A stretch of 64,000 nt of DNA. Origin: a phage. The position numbers and the translations under genes were made by a program. Shown here piece after piece: positions 9,266 through 20,081 of this stretch; the first letter of the stretch is position 1; each line of letters starts with the position of its first letter. The notes below the pieces were generated by a model. It was not told the DNA's origin and did not search any database. It saw nothing but the letters and a program-made list of their open reading frames with translations. Where the stretch lies: the sequence record PZ452582.1; one strand, 5' to 3'.

Positions 9266-10693
9266 GTGGTAGAAATTATTCTTTCTCATCTTATATTTGA
9301 TCAAGCTTATTTTTCAAAAGTTTGGCCATATATGGATTCAGAATATTTTGAAAGTGGTCCAGCTAAAAATACATTCAAATTAATTAAATCTCATGTCAAC
9401 GAGTACCATAGCGTTCCATCTATTAATGCGTTAAATGTTGCATTAGAAAATAGTTCATTTACTGAAACAGAATATTCTGGTGTAAAAACACTTATTTCAA
9501 AACTGGCTGATTCTCCAGAAGACCACAGCTGGTTAGTAAAAGAAACAGAAAAATATGTTCAGCAAAGGGCGATGTTTAATGCTACGTCTAAAATAATCGA
9601 AATTCAAACTAATGCTGAGCTTCCTCCGGAAAAACGAAATAAGAAAATGCCGGATGTTGGTGCTATTCCTGACATCATGCGGCAAGCATTATCTATTTCA
9701 TTTGATAGTTACGTTGGTCATGATTGGATGGATGACTATGAAGCACGTTGGCTATCTTATATGAATAAAGCTCGTAAAGTTCCATTTAAACTCAGAATTC
9801 TAAACAAAATTACTAAAGGCGGAGCTGAAACAGGAACACTGAACGTTTTAATGGCTGGCGTTAACGTTGGTAAATCATTAGGATTGTGTTCATTAGCGGC
9901 AGATTATTTACAGCTCGGACATAATGTTCTTTACATTTCCATGGAAATGGCAGAAGAAGTCTGTGCTAAGCGTATTGACGCTAACATGCTTGATGTTTCT
10001 CTTGATGACATTGATGATGGGCATATTTCTTACGCTGAATATAAAGGAAAAATGGAAAAATGGCGTGAGAAATCTACCCTTGGTCGTTTAATCGTTAAGC
10101 AATATCCTACTGGTGGAGCAGACGCTAATACATTTCGATCACTTTTAAATGAATTAAAGCTCAAGAAGAATTTTGTTCCAACAATCATTATTGTCGACTA
10201 TCTAGGTATTTGTAAATCTTGCCGCATTAGAGTTTATTCAGAAAATAGTTACACAACTGTTAAAGCTATCGCAGAGGAATTGCGTGCTCTGGCTGTTGAA
10301 ACCGAAACTGTTCTTTGGACTGCAGCACAGGTTGGTAAACAAGCTTGGGACTCTTCCGATGTTAACATGAGCGATATTGCAGAATCTGCTGGTCTTCCAG
10401 CAACAGCTGATTTTATGCTTGCGGTCATTGAAACCGAGGAGCTAGCAGCTGCTGAACAACAACTCATTAAGCAAATCAAATCACGATATGGTGATAAGAA
10501 TAAGTGGAATAAGTTTTTGATGGGTGTTCAAAAAGGAAATCAAAAATGGGTAGAAATTGAACAAGATTCTACTCCAACTGAAGTGAGTGAAGTAGCAGGT
10601 TCACAACAGATTCAGGCTGAGCAGAATCGCTATCAAAGAAATGAATCCACTCGAGCTCAGTTAGATGCTTTGGCAAATGAATTAAAATTTTAG
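9266..10693 (+). CDS. 41: gp41 replicative DNA helicase (DnaB-like)
   Basis: 475 aa, same as T4 gp41; GTG start 5 nt after AAGGAG; Walker A GVNVGKS. Confidence 0.93.
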   Translation: MVEIILSHLIFDQAYFSKVWPYMDSEYFESGPAKNTFKLIKSHVNEYHSVPSINALNVALENSSFTETEYSGVKTLISKLADSPEDHSWLVKETEKYVQQRAMFNATSKIIEIQTNAELPPEKRNKKMPDVGAIPDIMRQALSISFDSYVGHDWMDDYEARWLSYMNKARKVPFKLRILNKITKGGAETGTLNVLMAGVNVGKSLGLCSLAADYLQLGHNVLYISMEMAEEVCAKRIDANMLDVSLDDIDDGHISYAEYKGKMEKWREKSTLGRLIVKQYPTGGADANTFRSLLNELKLKKNFVPTIIIVDYLGICKSCRIRVYSENSYTTVKAIAEELRALAVETETVLWTAAQVGKQAWDSSDVNMSDIAESAGLPATADFMLAVIETEELAAAEQQLIKQIKSRYGDKNKWNKFLMGVQKGNQKWVEIEQDSTPTEVSEVAGSQQIQAEQNRYQRNESTRAQLDALANELKF

Positions 10694-10722
10694 TTTACAA
10701 GCTGACAAGACTATGGTATAGT
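10693..10722 (+). promoter_or_regulatory. T4-type early promoter
   Basis: GTTTAC then 18-nt spacer then TATAGT, upstream of dmd. Confidence 0.55.
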
Positions 10723-10751
10723 AGTCTTGTTGGTTAAATGAGGAGATTGTT

Positions 10752-10934
10752 ATGGAATTGGTAAAGGTAGTTTTTATGGGGTGGTTTAAGAATGAAAGCA
10801 TGTTTACTAAAGAAACCACAATGATGAAAGATGACGTTCAATGGGCTACTACTCAATATGCTGAAGTTAATAAAGCATTAGTTAAAGCTTTCATTGATGA
10901 CAAGAAAGTATGTGAAGTAGATTGCCGAGGATAA
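10752..10934 (+). CDS. dmd: Dmd antitoxin (inhibitor of host RnlA/LsoA toxins)
   Basis: 60 aa; sequence recognised as T4 Dmd; first gene after 41. Confidence 0.85.
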   Translation: MELVKVVFMGWFKNESMFTKETTMMKDDVQWATTQYAEVNKALVKAFIDDKKVCEVDCRG

Positions 10935-10935
10935 T

Positions 10936-11193
10936 ATGCATATTGTTTTATTTAAACCTACTCCGTATAACGTCAGGAAAAATACGCAATTCAAAGCACT
11001 TATTGCAGATACGTGGGAATTGGTGCTAGATATTCCAACAGAAGAAAGTCCTCCATTTGGTCGAGTGGAATTTATTAAGTTTGCTGTACGTCCTACGAAG
11101 AGGCAGATTCGTCAGTGTAAAAGGTATTTTCGTAAAATCGTCAAGTTAGAGAAACAGTTTGTAACATGTGATTATGCAGAAGTTTTAAAATAG
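10936..11193 (+). CDS. Hypothetical protein (T4 61.4 position)
   Basis: 85-aa ORF in the early operon; positional equivalent of T4 61.4. Confidence 0.5.
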   Translation: MHIVLFKPTPYNVRKNTQFKALIADTWELVLDIPTEESPPFGRVEFIKFAVRPTKRQIRQCKRYFRKIVKLEKQFVTCDYAEVLK

Positions 11194-11253
11194 CTGTTTA
11201 CTTTTGTTGGAAATTGAGATACTATATAAACATAAACTACTGAGGAGATTATC

Positions 11254-11547
11254 ATGAAAAAATTTATCTTTGCTGCAATTTTTGCTTTAGCTTCTTGTGC
11301 TGCTCAGCCTGCTATGGCAGGTTATGATAAAGATTTGTGTGAATGGTCTATGACTGCGGATCAGACTGAAGTTGAAACTCAAATTGAAGCGGATATTATG
11401 AATATCGTTGAGCGCGATCGTCCTGAAATGAAAGCTGAAGTGCAAAAACAGCTTAAGTCTGGTGGTGTAATGCAGTATAATTATGTTCTGTATTGCGATA
11501 AAAACTTTAATAACAAAAATATCGTAACCGAAATCACAGGTGAATAA
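11254..11547 (+). CDS. sp: Spackle (Sp) periplasmic protein, inhibitor of gp5 lysozyme
   Basis: 97 aa with cleavable signal peptide; matches T4 Sp length and position. Confidence 0.75.
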   Translation: MKKFIFAAIFALASCAAQPAMAGYDKDLCEWSMTADQTEVETQIEADIMNIVERDRPEMKAEVQKQLKSGGVMQYNYVLYCDKNFNNKNIVTEITGE

Positions 11548-11548
11548 T

Positions 11549-12181
11549 ATGATTTATTATATGCACAAAAATCCACCGTTTAAATACGGTAAATTTCCTG
11601 ATGCACAATGTTATAATATAACGCCTGATGAAAATAACCGTGGATATCTTATTGGCACAATTTTTGTAATTGTTAAAGATAACGAAATCGTTGCCTGGGC
11701 AGATTTTAAAGGTACAACACATGATGTTAATCCGGTGCCTTTCACATATTACAATATAATGGATTTGGCATATGATTATAATTGGTTTAATCATGACACG
11801 TTGGCTCATATTGAAGGTGTAGGATTTGACATCTCTTATTCTAGCTACTCATTGTGTCCTATGAGTCGGGCTCATAAAGAACCTGAATATTTTTCATTTA
11901 GGAAACGTGTAAACTTTAAACGCAACACAGAGTATGTCGGTGGAATATTTGTTAAAGATAATCGAATTATTCGTATTAATTATCCTTTGAGCGTTAGTCA
12001 AAAAGATATTGATGTTGATTTAGATTTCACTGAAAATAATATTAATCATATTGCTTCTGTGTATTTTGGTATCGATCACAAAATTGTAATATGTGGATAT
12101 GAATTACCGTTTGAAGAACAGCCTAAAGTAAATGTTTCTATTGATGACCAAATTTTTAATGCTTTTATGAATAAAGGTTAA
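11549..12181 (+). CDS. Hypothetical protein (T4 61.2 position)
   Basis: 210 aa from ATG 11549; C-terminus SIDDQIFNAFMNKG is shared with the next ORF. Confidence 0.55.
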   Translation: MIYYMHKNPPFKYGKFPDAQCYNITPDENNRGYLIGTIFVIVKDNEIVAWADFKGTTHDVNPVPFTYYNIMDLAYDYNWFNHDTLAHIEGVGFDISYSSYSLCPMSRAHKEPEYFSFRKRVNFKRNTEYVGGIFVKDNRIIRINYPLSVSQKDIDVDLDFTENNINHIASVYFGIDHKIVICGYELPFEEQPKVNVSIDDQIFNAFMNKG

Positions 12182-12185
12182 TATG
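12137..12185 (+). repeat. Direct repeat copy A (49 nt, one mismatch to copy B)
   Basis: TCTATTGATGACCAAATTTTTAATGCTTTTATGAATA[A/G]AGGTTAATATG occurs at 12137-12185 and 12495-12543. Confidence 0.9.
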
Positions 12186-12539
12186 TATAGTTCTGAATTT
12201 TCATATTTAAAAATGGAAAAAATTTCATACGATTTTATAGATGAAAAGGTTTATTACAGTTTCCATGAACCACGTTTTAATAGTGAGGTTGGGTTTATTG
12301 TAGTAAAAGACAATTTTATTTTAAAAATATATTCAGCATTAAAGGATTTTCATTACGAAAATATTAACCTAAAATTTAATAAAGAAAACGTTCGTAATTG
12401 CGCAGTAACAATTACGGGAAATAAAGGTACATGTGTTATGCTATCTGATGAAATTAATGATTTGCTAAATGATGCAGAAAATATTACTGCACCATCTATT
12501 GATGACCAAATTTTTAATGCTTTTATGAATAGAGGTTAA
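12183..12539 (+). CDS. Hypothetical protein sharing C-terminal tail with preceding ORF
   Basis: 118-aa ORF ending PSIDDQIFNAFMNRG; tightly packed TAATATG junctions. Confidence 0.5.
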   Translation: MYSSEFSYLKMEKISYDFIDEKVYYSFHEPRFNSEVGFIVVKDNFILKIYSALKDFHYENINLKFNKENVRNCAVTITGNKGTCVMLSDEINDLLNDAENITAPSIDDQIFNAFMNRG

Positions 12540-12543
12540 TATG
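12495..12543 (+). repeat. Direct repeat copy B
   Basis: Identical to copy A except one A/G difference; covers the 3' end of the ORF, stop and next start codon. Confidence 0.9.
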
Positions 12544-12705
12544 AAAACATATAAAGAATTTATCAAAGAAGATATGGTCGCTGGAGATTCAGGTGGTAGT
12601 CCTGAAAATATCTCTACTGGAACAACGTCAGGCGCTGTAGTAAATAAAGGTCCTGAACAGATTCCTAAAAAGAAAAAAGAGGAATCTAAAGAAAAAGAAG
12701 AGTAA
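12541..12705 (+). CDS. Small hydrophilic protein (54 aa; T4 61.1 position)
   Basis: ATG overlapping previous stop (TAATATG); ends 3 nt before gp61 start; Lys/Glu-rich C-terminus. Confidence 0.45.
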   Translation: MKTYKEFIKEDMVAGDSGGSPENISTGTTSGAVVNKGPEQIPKKKKEESKEKEE

Positions 12706-12708
12706 AGA

Positions 12709-13737
12709 ATGTCATCAATACCTTGGATTGATAATGAGTTTGCATACCGTGCATTAGCTCATTTACCTAAATTCACACAAGTAAATAATAGTTCAACTTT
12801 TAAATTACGGTTTAGATGCCCTGTTTGTGGAGATTCAAAAACCGACCAAAATAAAGCCCGTGGATGGTATTATGGTGATAATAATGAAGGAAATATTCAT
12901 TGTTATAACTGTAACTATCATGCACCAATCGGAATATATTTAAAGGAGTTTGAACCTGATTTATATCGTGAGTATATCTTTGAAATAAGAAAAGAAAAAG
13001 GTAAAAGTCGTCCAGTAGAAAAACCTAAAGAACTTCCTAAACAACTTGAGAAGAAAATAATTAAATCTCTTCCGTCATGTGTTAGATTAGATAAACTGGC
13101 GGAAGACCATCCAATTATAAAATATGTAAAAGCTCGTTGTATTCCAAAGGATAAATGGAAATATCTTTGGTTTACAACCGAATGGCCTAAATTAGTTAAT
13201 AGCATAGCACCGGGAACATATAAAAAGGAAATACCTGAGCCTCGTCTTGTTATTCCAATTTATAATGCTAATGGAAAAGCTGAGTCTTTTCAAGGACGTG
13301 CATTAAAGAAAGATGCTCCCCAAAAATATATCACCATCAAAGCTTATCCTGAAGCAACAAAAATCTATGGAGTCGAACGAGTTAAAGATGGTGATGTATA
13401 TGTTCTAGAAGGACCTATAGATTCACTTTTTATTGAAAATGGTATAGCTATTACGGGTGGTCAATTAGACCTAGAAGTTGTTCCATTTAAAGATAGACGT
13501 GTGTGGGTTTTAGATAATGAACCTCGTCATCCTGACACTATTAAGCGAATGACTAAATTAGTTGATGCAGGAGAAAGGGTTATGTTTTGGGATAAATCTC
13601 CCTGGAAATCAAAAGATGTTAATGATATGATTAGAAAGGAAGGTGCAACCCCTGAACAAATTATGGAATATATGAAAAATAATATTGCACAGGGGTTGAT
13701 GGCTAAAATGCGGCTATCTAAATATGCCAAGATTTAA
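12709..13737 (+). CDS. 61: gp61 DNA primase
   Basis: 342 aa, same as T4 gp61; zinc-ribbon CPVCGDS...CYNCNYH and TOPRIM region. Confidence 0.92.
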   Translation: MSSIPWIDNEFAYRALAHLPKFTQVNNSSTFKLRFRCPVCGDSKTDQNKARGWYYGDNNEGNIHCYNCNYHAPIGIYLKEFEPDLYREYIFEIRKEKGKSRPVEKPKELPKQLEKKIIKSLPSCVRLDKLAEDHPIIKYVKARCIPKDKWKYLWFTTEWPKLVNSIAPGTYKKEIPEPRLVIPIYNANGKAESFQGRALKKDAPQKYITIKAYPEATKIYGVERVKDGDVYVLEGPIDSLFIENGIAITGGQLDLEVVPFKDRRVWVLDNEPRHPDTIKRMTKLVDAGERVMFWDKSPWKSKDVNDMIRKEGATPEQIMEYMKNNIAQGLMAKMRLSKYAKI

Positions 13738-13934
13738 ATTAACCCAACTAAAGCAAATGCTAGATCTACGAATGTATCAAGAGTAACCACTGGAATATTA
13801 ATACCATGTGCAATTGCAATAGGTGATAGAATAAAGTTCCAGAGTAAAATTCCTACCATAGCAGAAATAGTAAAAGCTATACGTTTTTTATTACCTTTTA
13901 TGGCATTAACAAGTGCCATTAATTTTTGTACCAT
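13734..13934 (-). CDS. Small membrane protein on the opposite strand (66 aa)
   Basis: Strong SD AAAGGAGGA 3 nt before ATG on minus strand; hydrophobic; convergent with gene 61 and overlapping its stop. Confidence 0.45.
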   Translation of the reverse strand: MVQKLMALVNAIKGNKKRIAFTISAMVGILLWNFILSPIAIAHGINIPVVTLDTFVDLAFALVGLI

Positions 13935-13978
13935 ATGTCCTCCTTTAAATTAATATTTATCACAAATTTCATAAATTT

Positions 13979-14008
13979 GTTTACTTTCTCAGCTTGTTAT
14001 GGTATTAT
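13979..14008 (+). promoter_or_regulatory. T4-type early promoter
   Basis: GTTTAC at 13979-13984, TATTAT at 14003-14008, upstream of the 14034 ORF. Confidence 0.5.
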
Positions 14009-14033
14009 AAAATAAATTGCTGAGGATGATATA

Positions 14034-15373
<1,340 letters not shown>

Positions 15374-15433
15374 CTGCTTACATATTCAAATGATATAATT
15401 ATTTAACTTATTAATGAATTGAAAGGAAAAATA

Positions 15434-15952
15434 ATGGCTCACTTTAATGAATGTGCTCATTTGATCGAAGGTGTTGATAAAGCAAATCGTGCATATGCTG
15501 AGAATATTATGCACAATATTGACCCACTGCAGGTTATGCTTGACATGCAGCGGCATTTACAGATTCGTTTGGCTAATGATAAACCAGAAACAAATCGTCA
15601 TCCTGATTCACTTGAAACTGCAGGAGAAGTTCTTGCTTGGTTGCGAAACCAAGACGATTATATCGCAGATGAAACCCGCGAGTTATATACTTCTCTTGGT
15701 GGTATGAGTAATGGCGAAAAAGAAGCTTCTGCTGTATGGAAACCTTGGAAGAAACGTTATTCTGAAATGCAATCCAAGAAAATTCAAGATTTATCTCCCG
15801 AAGATCAGCTTGAAATTAAATTTGAACTTATTGACCAATTTCATTTTTTCATGAATAAATTTATTGCTCTTGGAATGTCAGCTGAAGAAATCTTTAAACT
15901 TTATTACCTGAAAAATGCTGAAAACTTCGCTCGTCAAGACCGAGGTTATTAA
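15434..15952 (+). CDS. 56: gp56 dCTPase/dUTPase (MazG-like)
   Basis: MAHFNECAHLIEG N-terminus recognised; ATG 15434 with GAAAGGAAAA RBS preferred over upstream TTG. Confidence 0.85.
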   Translation: MAHFNECAHLIEGVDKANRAYAENIMHNIDPLQVMLDMQRHLQIRLANDKPETNRHPDSLETAGEVLAWLRNQDDYIADETRELYTSLGGMSNGEKEASAVWKPWKKRYSEMQSKKIQDLSPEDQLEIKFELIDQFHFFMNKFIALGMSAEEIFKLYYLKNAENFARQDRGY

Positions 15953-16146
15953 TGGCTCGTTTAAATAAGCGTCAGCTTAAGAAAGCCCATAAGAAACGTA
16001 TTGACCAGCTATTTAAAGATTATAACAAAGAGCTCGTGTGTGAGCTCTTAACTAATCAACTTCGTATGGTTGAAATTATAGAAGGTCCTGACGAAATTTT
16101 TGTCAGTGAAGAAGCTTTAAAATTAATTATAGAGCATTCAAAATGA
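15952..16146 (+). CDS. Hypothetical basic small protein
   Basis: 64-aa ORF overlapping gp56 stop. Confidence 0.45.
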   Translation: MARLNKRQLKKAHKKRIDQLFKDYNKELVCELLTNQLRMVEIIEGPDEIFVSEEALKLIIEHSK

Positions 16147-16352
16147 AATTTGATTTTTATGCATGGCAAAAAGCTGGGAGACCAGCTACTCGAGCATTTG
16201 GTTCTGATGGATATAATATTAGAGCCCATTGGAAATTTAATGCTCCAGAAGATTATTCTCCGGTAATTATTAACGGCGATGTTGTTATATTAACTAAAAT
16301 CGGGTATTTTAACGTTCCGCGAGAATTTATTATAAATAATCATGTAATTTAA
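16143..16352 (+). CDS. Hypothetical protein
   Basis: 69-aa ORF with ATGA overlap to the preceding ORF. Confidence 0.45.
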   Translation: MKFDFYAWQKAGRPATRAFGSDGYNIRAHWKFNAPEDYSPVIINGDVVILTKIGYFNVPREFIINNHVI

Positions 16353-16368
16353 ATAAAAGGAGAATTAC

Positions 16369-16614
16369 ATGGCTAGTACTCGCGGTTATGTTAATATTAA
16401 AACATTTGAGCAGAAATTAGATGGAAATAAGAAAATTGAAGGAAAGGAAATTTCTGTAGCTTTCCCTCTTTATTCTGACGTTCACAAAATTTCTGGTGCT
16501 CATTACCAGACGTTCCCTTCAGAAAAAGCAGCATATTCTACAGTATATGAAGAAAATCAACGTACTGAATGGATTGCTGCAAATGAAGATTTGTGGAAAG
16601 TAACTGGTGAATAA
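16369..16614 (+). CDS. soc: Soc small outer capsid protein
   Basis: 81-aa ORF matching remembered T4 Soc; GGAG RBS. Confidence 0.9.
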   Translation: MASTRGYVNIKTFEQKLDGNKKIEGKEISVAFPLYSDVHKISGAHYQTFPSEKAAYSTVYEENQRTEWIAANEDLWKVTGE

Positions 16615-16618
16615 ATGC

Positions 16619-16645
16619 AAGGACTCCTTCGGGAGTCCTTTTTCA
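16619..16645 (+). terminator. Rho-independent terminator (AAGGACTCC-TTCG-GGAGTCCTT, T4)
   Basis: 9-bp stem, TTCG tetraloop, then TTTTC immediately after soc. Confidence 0.75.
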
Positions 16646-16653
16646 TTTAAACG

Positions 16654-16683
16654 GTTTACATATCAAAATGAGTATGGTATAAT
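16654..16683 (+). promoter_or_regulatory. T4-type early promoter
   Basis: GTTTAC at 16654-16659, TATAAT at 16678-16683. Confidence 0.55.
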
Positions 16684-16709
16684 AGAATTATCTTATAGAG
16701 GAGAGCACT

Positions 16710-16916
16710 ATGTTAAATCGCTGGATTAAACCAAATGAAGATTTAGATATTATCATTTCACGACATGTAATGAAGAAATATGAACTACAGCCATGGTCTA
16801 CAGAAGTTGTTGTGCATTCATTTATGATGTACGCAGATGGTTCTGTTGAATTTAATGCAGAGATTCGATATGATTATGGCGAGAAGCAAGTCGAATTTAA
16901 GAGAGGCTTTTTGTAA
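16710..16916 (+). CDS. Hypothetical protein
   Basis: 68-aa ORF after promoter and GGAG RBS. Confidence 0.45.
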   Translation: MLNRWIKPNEDLDIIISRHVMKKYELQPWSTEVVVHSFMMYADGSVEFNAEIRYDYGEKQVEFKRGFL

Positions 16917-17248
16917 TGTTTATCTTTAATTGGTTTAAAAGTTTCTTTACAGATTTTTTCTCTACGACTCCTGGAGAAGGTGTAGTTCCTATTTCAAATG
17001 ACTACCTTCCTTTAACTGTAGTTGAGTATGTTTATATGGGAGATGGAACAGTAGAAGCAGTCACTATGACTTATGAAGAAGCCCAAGAATATTATAAAAA
17101 TCCTTGGCGCTGGTCAACACCTACTACATCATCTAATACACAGTCTAGTTCTGATTCATATGATACAAATGTCCCTGTTCATGTATGGGCAGGTGATTCA
17201 TGCGGAAGTTCTTGTGATTCTAGCTGTTCATCTACATCTTGTGATTGA
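16916..17248 (+). CDS. Hypothetical protein with Cys/Ser-rich C-terminal tail
   Basis: 110 aa; C-terminus [18 protein letters not shown]. Confidence 0.45.
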   Translation: MFIFNWFKSFFTDFFSTTPGEGVVPISNDYLPLTVVEYVYMGDGTVEAVTMTYEEAQEYYKNPWRWSTPTTSSNTQSSSDSYDTNVPVHVWAGDSCGSSCDSSCSSTSCD

Positions 17249-17742
17249 GGAAAATTATGGAAGCAATTTTGTTTGAAATGTATATTAGCAGTAATAGCAT
17301 GTCGTTTGCTAAAGATGTTCCAATTACTGTAGCCGTAGTGATTGATAAGGGTTATTGTAACCCTATGTATCTCGTAGAAAATTTCGTTTCAATGCCAGTT
17401 CCAGAAGATGTTGAAATAAAACTTAAAAAGATCGGAATTATTGAAACTGTGCCAAATAGTCCGTTTAGAGCAATTGAAGCATTTACTAAATCCGAATACA
17501 TTAATGTTAGCGCAGAACAATATAATGGTAATCCTTTATCTTTTTATTCGTACGATTCAGTATATGACTGGAAAATAAATGAAGGAAATAAATTTATAAT
17601 TGCGAGTGAAGATGCTTTATCATACTTTATTTATTATGTATGGAATAATTTAAATCCAAAATTGCTAAAAATTCATGAATTTGACGATGCTCCTACTATT
17701 GTTTTAGGTAAAACAAATGAAAGTTCTGAAGAAAATGCTTGA
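17245..17742 (+). CDS. Hypothetical protein
   Basis: 165-aa ORF, ATGA coupling to previous ORF. Confidence 0.5.
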   Translation: MRKIMEAILFEMYISSNSMSFAKDVPITVAVVIDKGYCNPMYLVENFVSMPVPEDVEIKLKKIGIIETVPNSPFRAIEAFTKSEYINVSAEQYNGNPLSFYSYDSVYDWKINEGNKFIIASEDALSYFIYYVWNNLNPKLLKIHEFDDAPTIVLGKTNESSEENA

Positions 17743-17920
17743 ATGGTTCAATAGACCAAACTCAATGTATATTGACGATGGTTGGGTTGAACAAGCAAAT
17801 AAAGAAATGCAGAACGAATCGGAAGAATGGATGAAATCAATGATTAGTGCTGAGAAAGAAAAGAAATTAGAACGCTCAGCGCTTAAATTGATGAGAGACA
17901 TCTATGGTGATAAATCATGA
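17717..17920 (+). CDS. Hypothetical protein
   Basis: 67-aa ORF; start overlaps previous ORF by 26 nt, true start uncertain. Confidence 0.35.
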   Translation: MKVLKKMLEWFNRPNSMYIDDGWVEQANKEMQNESEEWMKSMISAEKEKKLERSALKLMRDIYGDKS

Positions 17921-18081
17921 GCAAAGATATGACATTGGAAGAGGCTAAAGCAAAAGCAAATGAAGCAATGGATTTGCTTCTTAAAATTGGTAGTAAAATG
18001 ATGGAAGAAAATGAGAAATATATCCAGGAAAATAAAATTCCTGACGGTCCATTAGTAGGCAAAAGGAAATCACATGATTGA
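17917..18081 (+). CDS. Hypothetical small protein (54 aa)
   Basis: ATGA overlap with preceding stop; below track cutoff. Confidence 0.35.
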   Translation: MSKDMTLEEAKAKANEAMDLLLKIGSKMMEENEKYIQENKIPDGPLVGKRKSHD

Positions 18082-18544
18082 AGTAGCAAAACTATATTCA
18101 ATAGAATTTATGTCTAAAGAAGGTAAATCAGTAAATACACTTGATAAAAAATGCTCATTAATTATTCCTTTGGCAGAAAATCCGGATTTTTTAATTAAAG
18201 ATATAAAAGAAAGAAAATATCCAGAAAATATTATTCTAATTATAAAGCATACTGAAGATATTTTGCAGAATACTGATTCGCCGTTTTCTTCTTCTGAAGC
18301 TTTAACTATTAAAGGCTATAAAAGAGCCCATGAATATGGTCTTTTTGACATGTTTGAAGACGATAAAGTTAAATTAGTGAGTCAACCTTCTAAAAGTAAA
18401 ACATTCATTATTGAAGATATTAAAGATATAAATGCATTTGTTAAGATGGTCTGGGCTCATTTTGATGTTGGACTACGTTGGAGAATGTCCGAAGAAGAAA
18501 GAAAGATTATTGAAGCTAATCGTCAATTTGGTTTTTATCGCTAG
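18074..18544 (+). CDS. Hypothetical protein
   Basis: 156-aa ORF. Confidence 0.5.
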   Translation: MIEVAKLYSIEFMSKEGKSVNTLDKKCSLIIPLAENPDFLIKDIKERKYPENIILIIKHTEDILQNTDSPFSSSEALTIKGYKRAHEYGLFDMFEDDKVKLVSQPSKSKTFIIEDIKDINAFVKMVWAHFDVGLRWRMSEEERKIIEANRQFGFYR

Positions 18545-18552
18545 GAATTAGT

Positions 18553-18735
18553 ATGGATTTATTTGAGATGTTAGAAGATAATCATTCTACGAATATCCAG
18601 AATGATTCTAGTGATTATAAGAAAGAATACCGTATAGTATTACAGAATTATGGAATTGAAGCCCCAGATGCTCTTCTAGAAGAACTAGCTTCATACCATC
18701 TTGACCCTCCGCCTTGGGCTCCCTGGGCAAAATAA
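18553..18735 (+). CDS. Hypothetical acidic small protein
   Basis: 60-aa ORF. Confidence 0.4.
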   Translation: MDLFEMLEDNHSTNIQNDSSDYKKEYRIVLQNYGIEAPDALLEELASYHLDPPPWAPWAK

Positions 18736-18745
18736 TTCAAAAAGT

Positions 18746-18776
18746 TGTTTACTTTCCTTTCTAACGATGATATGAT
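18746..18776 (+). promoter_or_regulatory. T4-type early promoter
   Basis: GTTTAC at 18746-18751, TATGAT at 18771-18776. Confidence 0.5.
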
Positions 18777-18802
18777 AGCTTCTGAAGTATACGGAGGCTA
18801 TC

Positions 18803-19426
18803 ATGATTATTAATCCTGCAGATGTTGAACAGTTATCTATAAAAGCTGAAAGCGTTGATTTTCAATATGATATGTATAAAAAAGTCTGTGAAAAATTTAC
18901 TGACTTCGAGCAGTCTGTTCTTTGGCAATGTATGGAAGCCAAAAAGAATGAAGCTCTTCACAGACAGTTGAATAAAATCATTAAAAAGCATTTAACTAAA
19001 TCGCCTTATCAATTATATCGTGGTATATCAAAATCGACAAAAGAACTTATTAAAGATTTACAGGTTGGAGAAGTGTTTTCAACGAACAGGGTAGATTCAT
19101 TTACTACTAGTTTACACACAGCGTGTTCTTTTTCTTATGCTGAATATTTCACTGAAACAATACTTCATTTAAAAACTGATAAAGCTTTTAATTATTCTGA
19201 CCATATCAGCGATATTATACTTTCTTCTCCTAATACTGAGTTTAAGTATACATATGAAGATACTGATGGATTAGATTCAGAGCGTACTGATAACTTAATG
19301 ATGATTGTGCATGAACAAGAATGGATGATTCCAATTGGAAAGTATAAAATAACTTCTATTTCAAAAGAAAAATTACACGATTCATTTGGAACATTTAAAG
19401 TTTATGATATTGAGGTAATTGAATGA
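18803..19426 (+). CDS. modB: ADP-ribosyltransferase ModB
   Basis: 207 aa, same as T4 ModB; R-S-ExE triad (YRG, STN, EQEWMIP). Confidence 0.7.
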   Translation: MIINPADVEQLSIKAESVDFQYDMYKKVCEKFTDFEQSVLWQCMEAKKNEALHRQLNKIIKKHLTKSPYQLYRGISKSTKELIKDLQVGEVFSTNRVDSFTTSLHTACSFSYAEYFTETILHLKTDKAFNYSDHISDIILSSPNTEFKYTYEDTDGLDSERTDNLMMIVHEQEWMIPIGKYKITSISKEKLHDSFGTFKVYDIEVIE

Positions 19427-20025
19427 AATACTCAGTAATGCAACTAAAAGATTTTAAAATAAAATCAATGGATGCATCGGTGCGTGCTTCTATTCGTGAA
19501 GAATTACTTTCTGAAGGGTTTAATTTATCTGAAATTGAACTTTTAATTCATTGTATTACCAACAAACCAGATGACCATACTTGGTTAAATGAAATAATCA
19601 AATCTCGTTTGGTTCCAAACGATAAACCTCTTTGGAGAGGTGTTCCAGCTGAGACTAAGCAGGTGTTAAATCAAGGAATTGATATTATTACATTTGATAA
19701 AGTCGTATCAGCTTCATATGATAAAAATATAGCTCTACATTTTGCTTCCGGTTTAGAGTATAACACACAAGTTATTTTTGAATTCAAAGCTCCTATGGTA
19801 TTCAATTTCCAGGAGTATGCTATAAAAGCTCTACGCTGTAAAGAATACAATCCAAACTTTAAGTTTCCGGATAGCCATCGTTATCGTAATATGGAATTAG
19901 TTTCAGATGAACAAGAAGTAATGATACCAGCTGGAAGTGTATTTAGAATTGCAGATAGATATGAGTATAAAAAGTATTCAACATACACTATCTATACTCT
20001 TGATTTTGAAGGATTTAATCTATAA
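19423..20025 (+). CDS. modA: ADP-ribosyltransferase ModA
   Basis: 200 aa, same as T4 ModA; R-S-ExE triad (WRG, SAS, EQEVMIP). Confidence 0.7.
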   Translation: MKYSVMQLKDFKIKSMDASVRASIREELLSEGFNLSEIELLIHCITNKPDDHTWLNEIIKSRLVPNDKPLWRGVPAETKQVLNQGIDIITFDKVVSASYDKNIALHFASGLEYNTQVIFEFKAPMVFNFQEYAIKALRCKEYNPNFKFPDSHRYRNMELVSDEQEVMIPAGSVFRIADRYEYKKYSTYTIYTLDFEGFNL

Positions 20026-20081
20026 TGGAAGGACTTAGATTCATTATACCATGAAATTTTTGAAGCATTTTTCATAAAATT

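Noticed and set aside
16340-16368. Late promoter upstream of soc
   Set aside because: Only TTTAAATA (one mismatch to TATAAATA) is present; not confident enough to annotate
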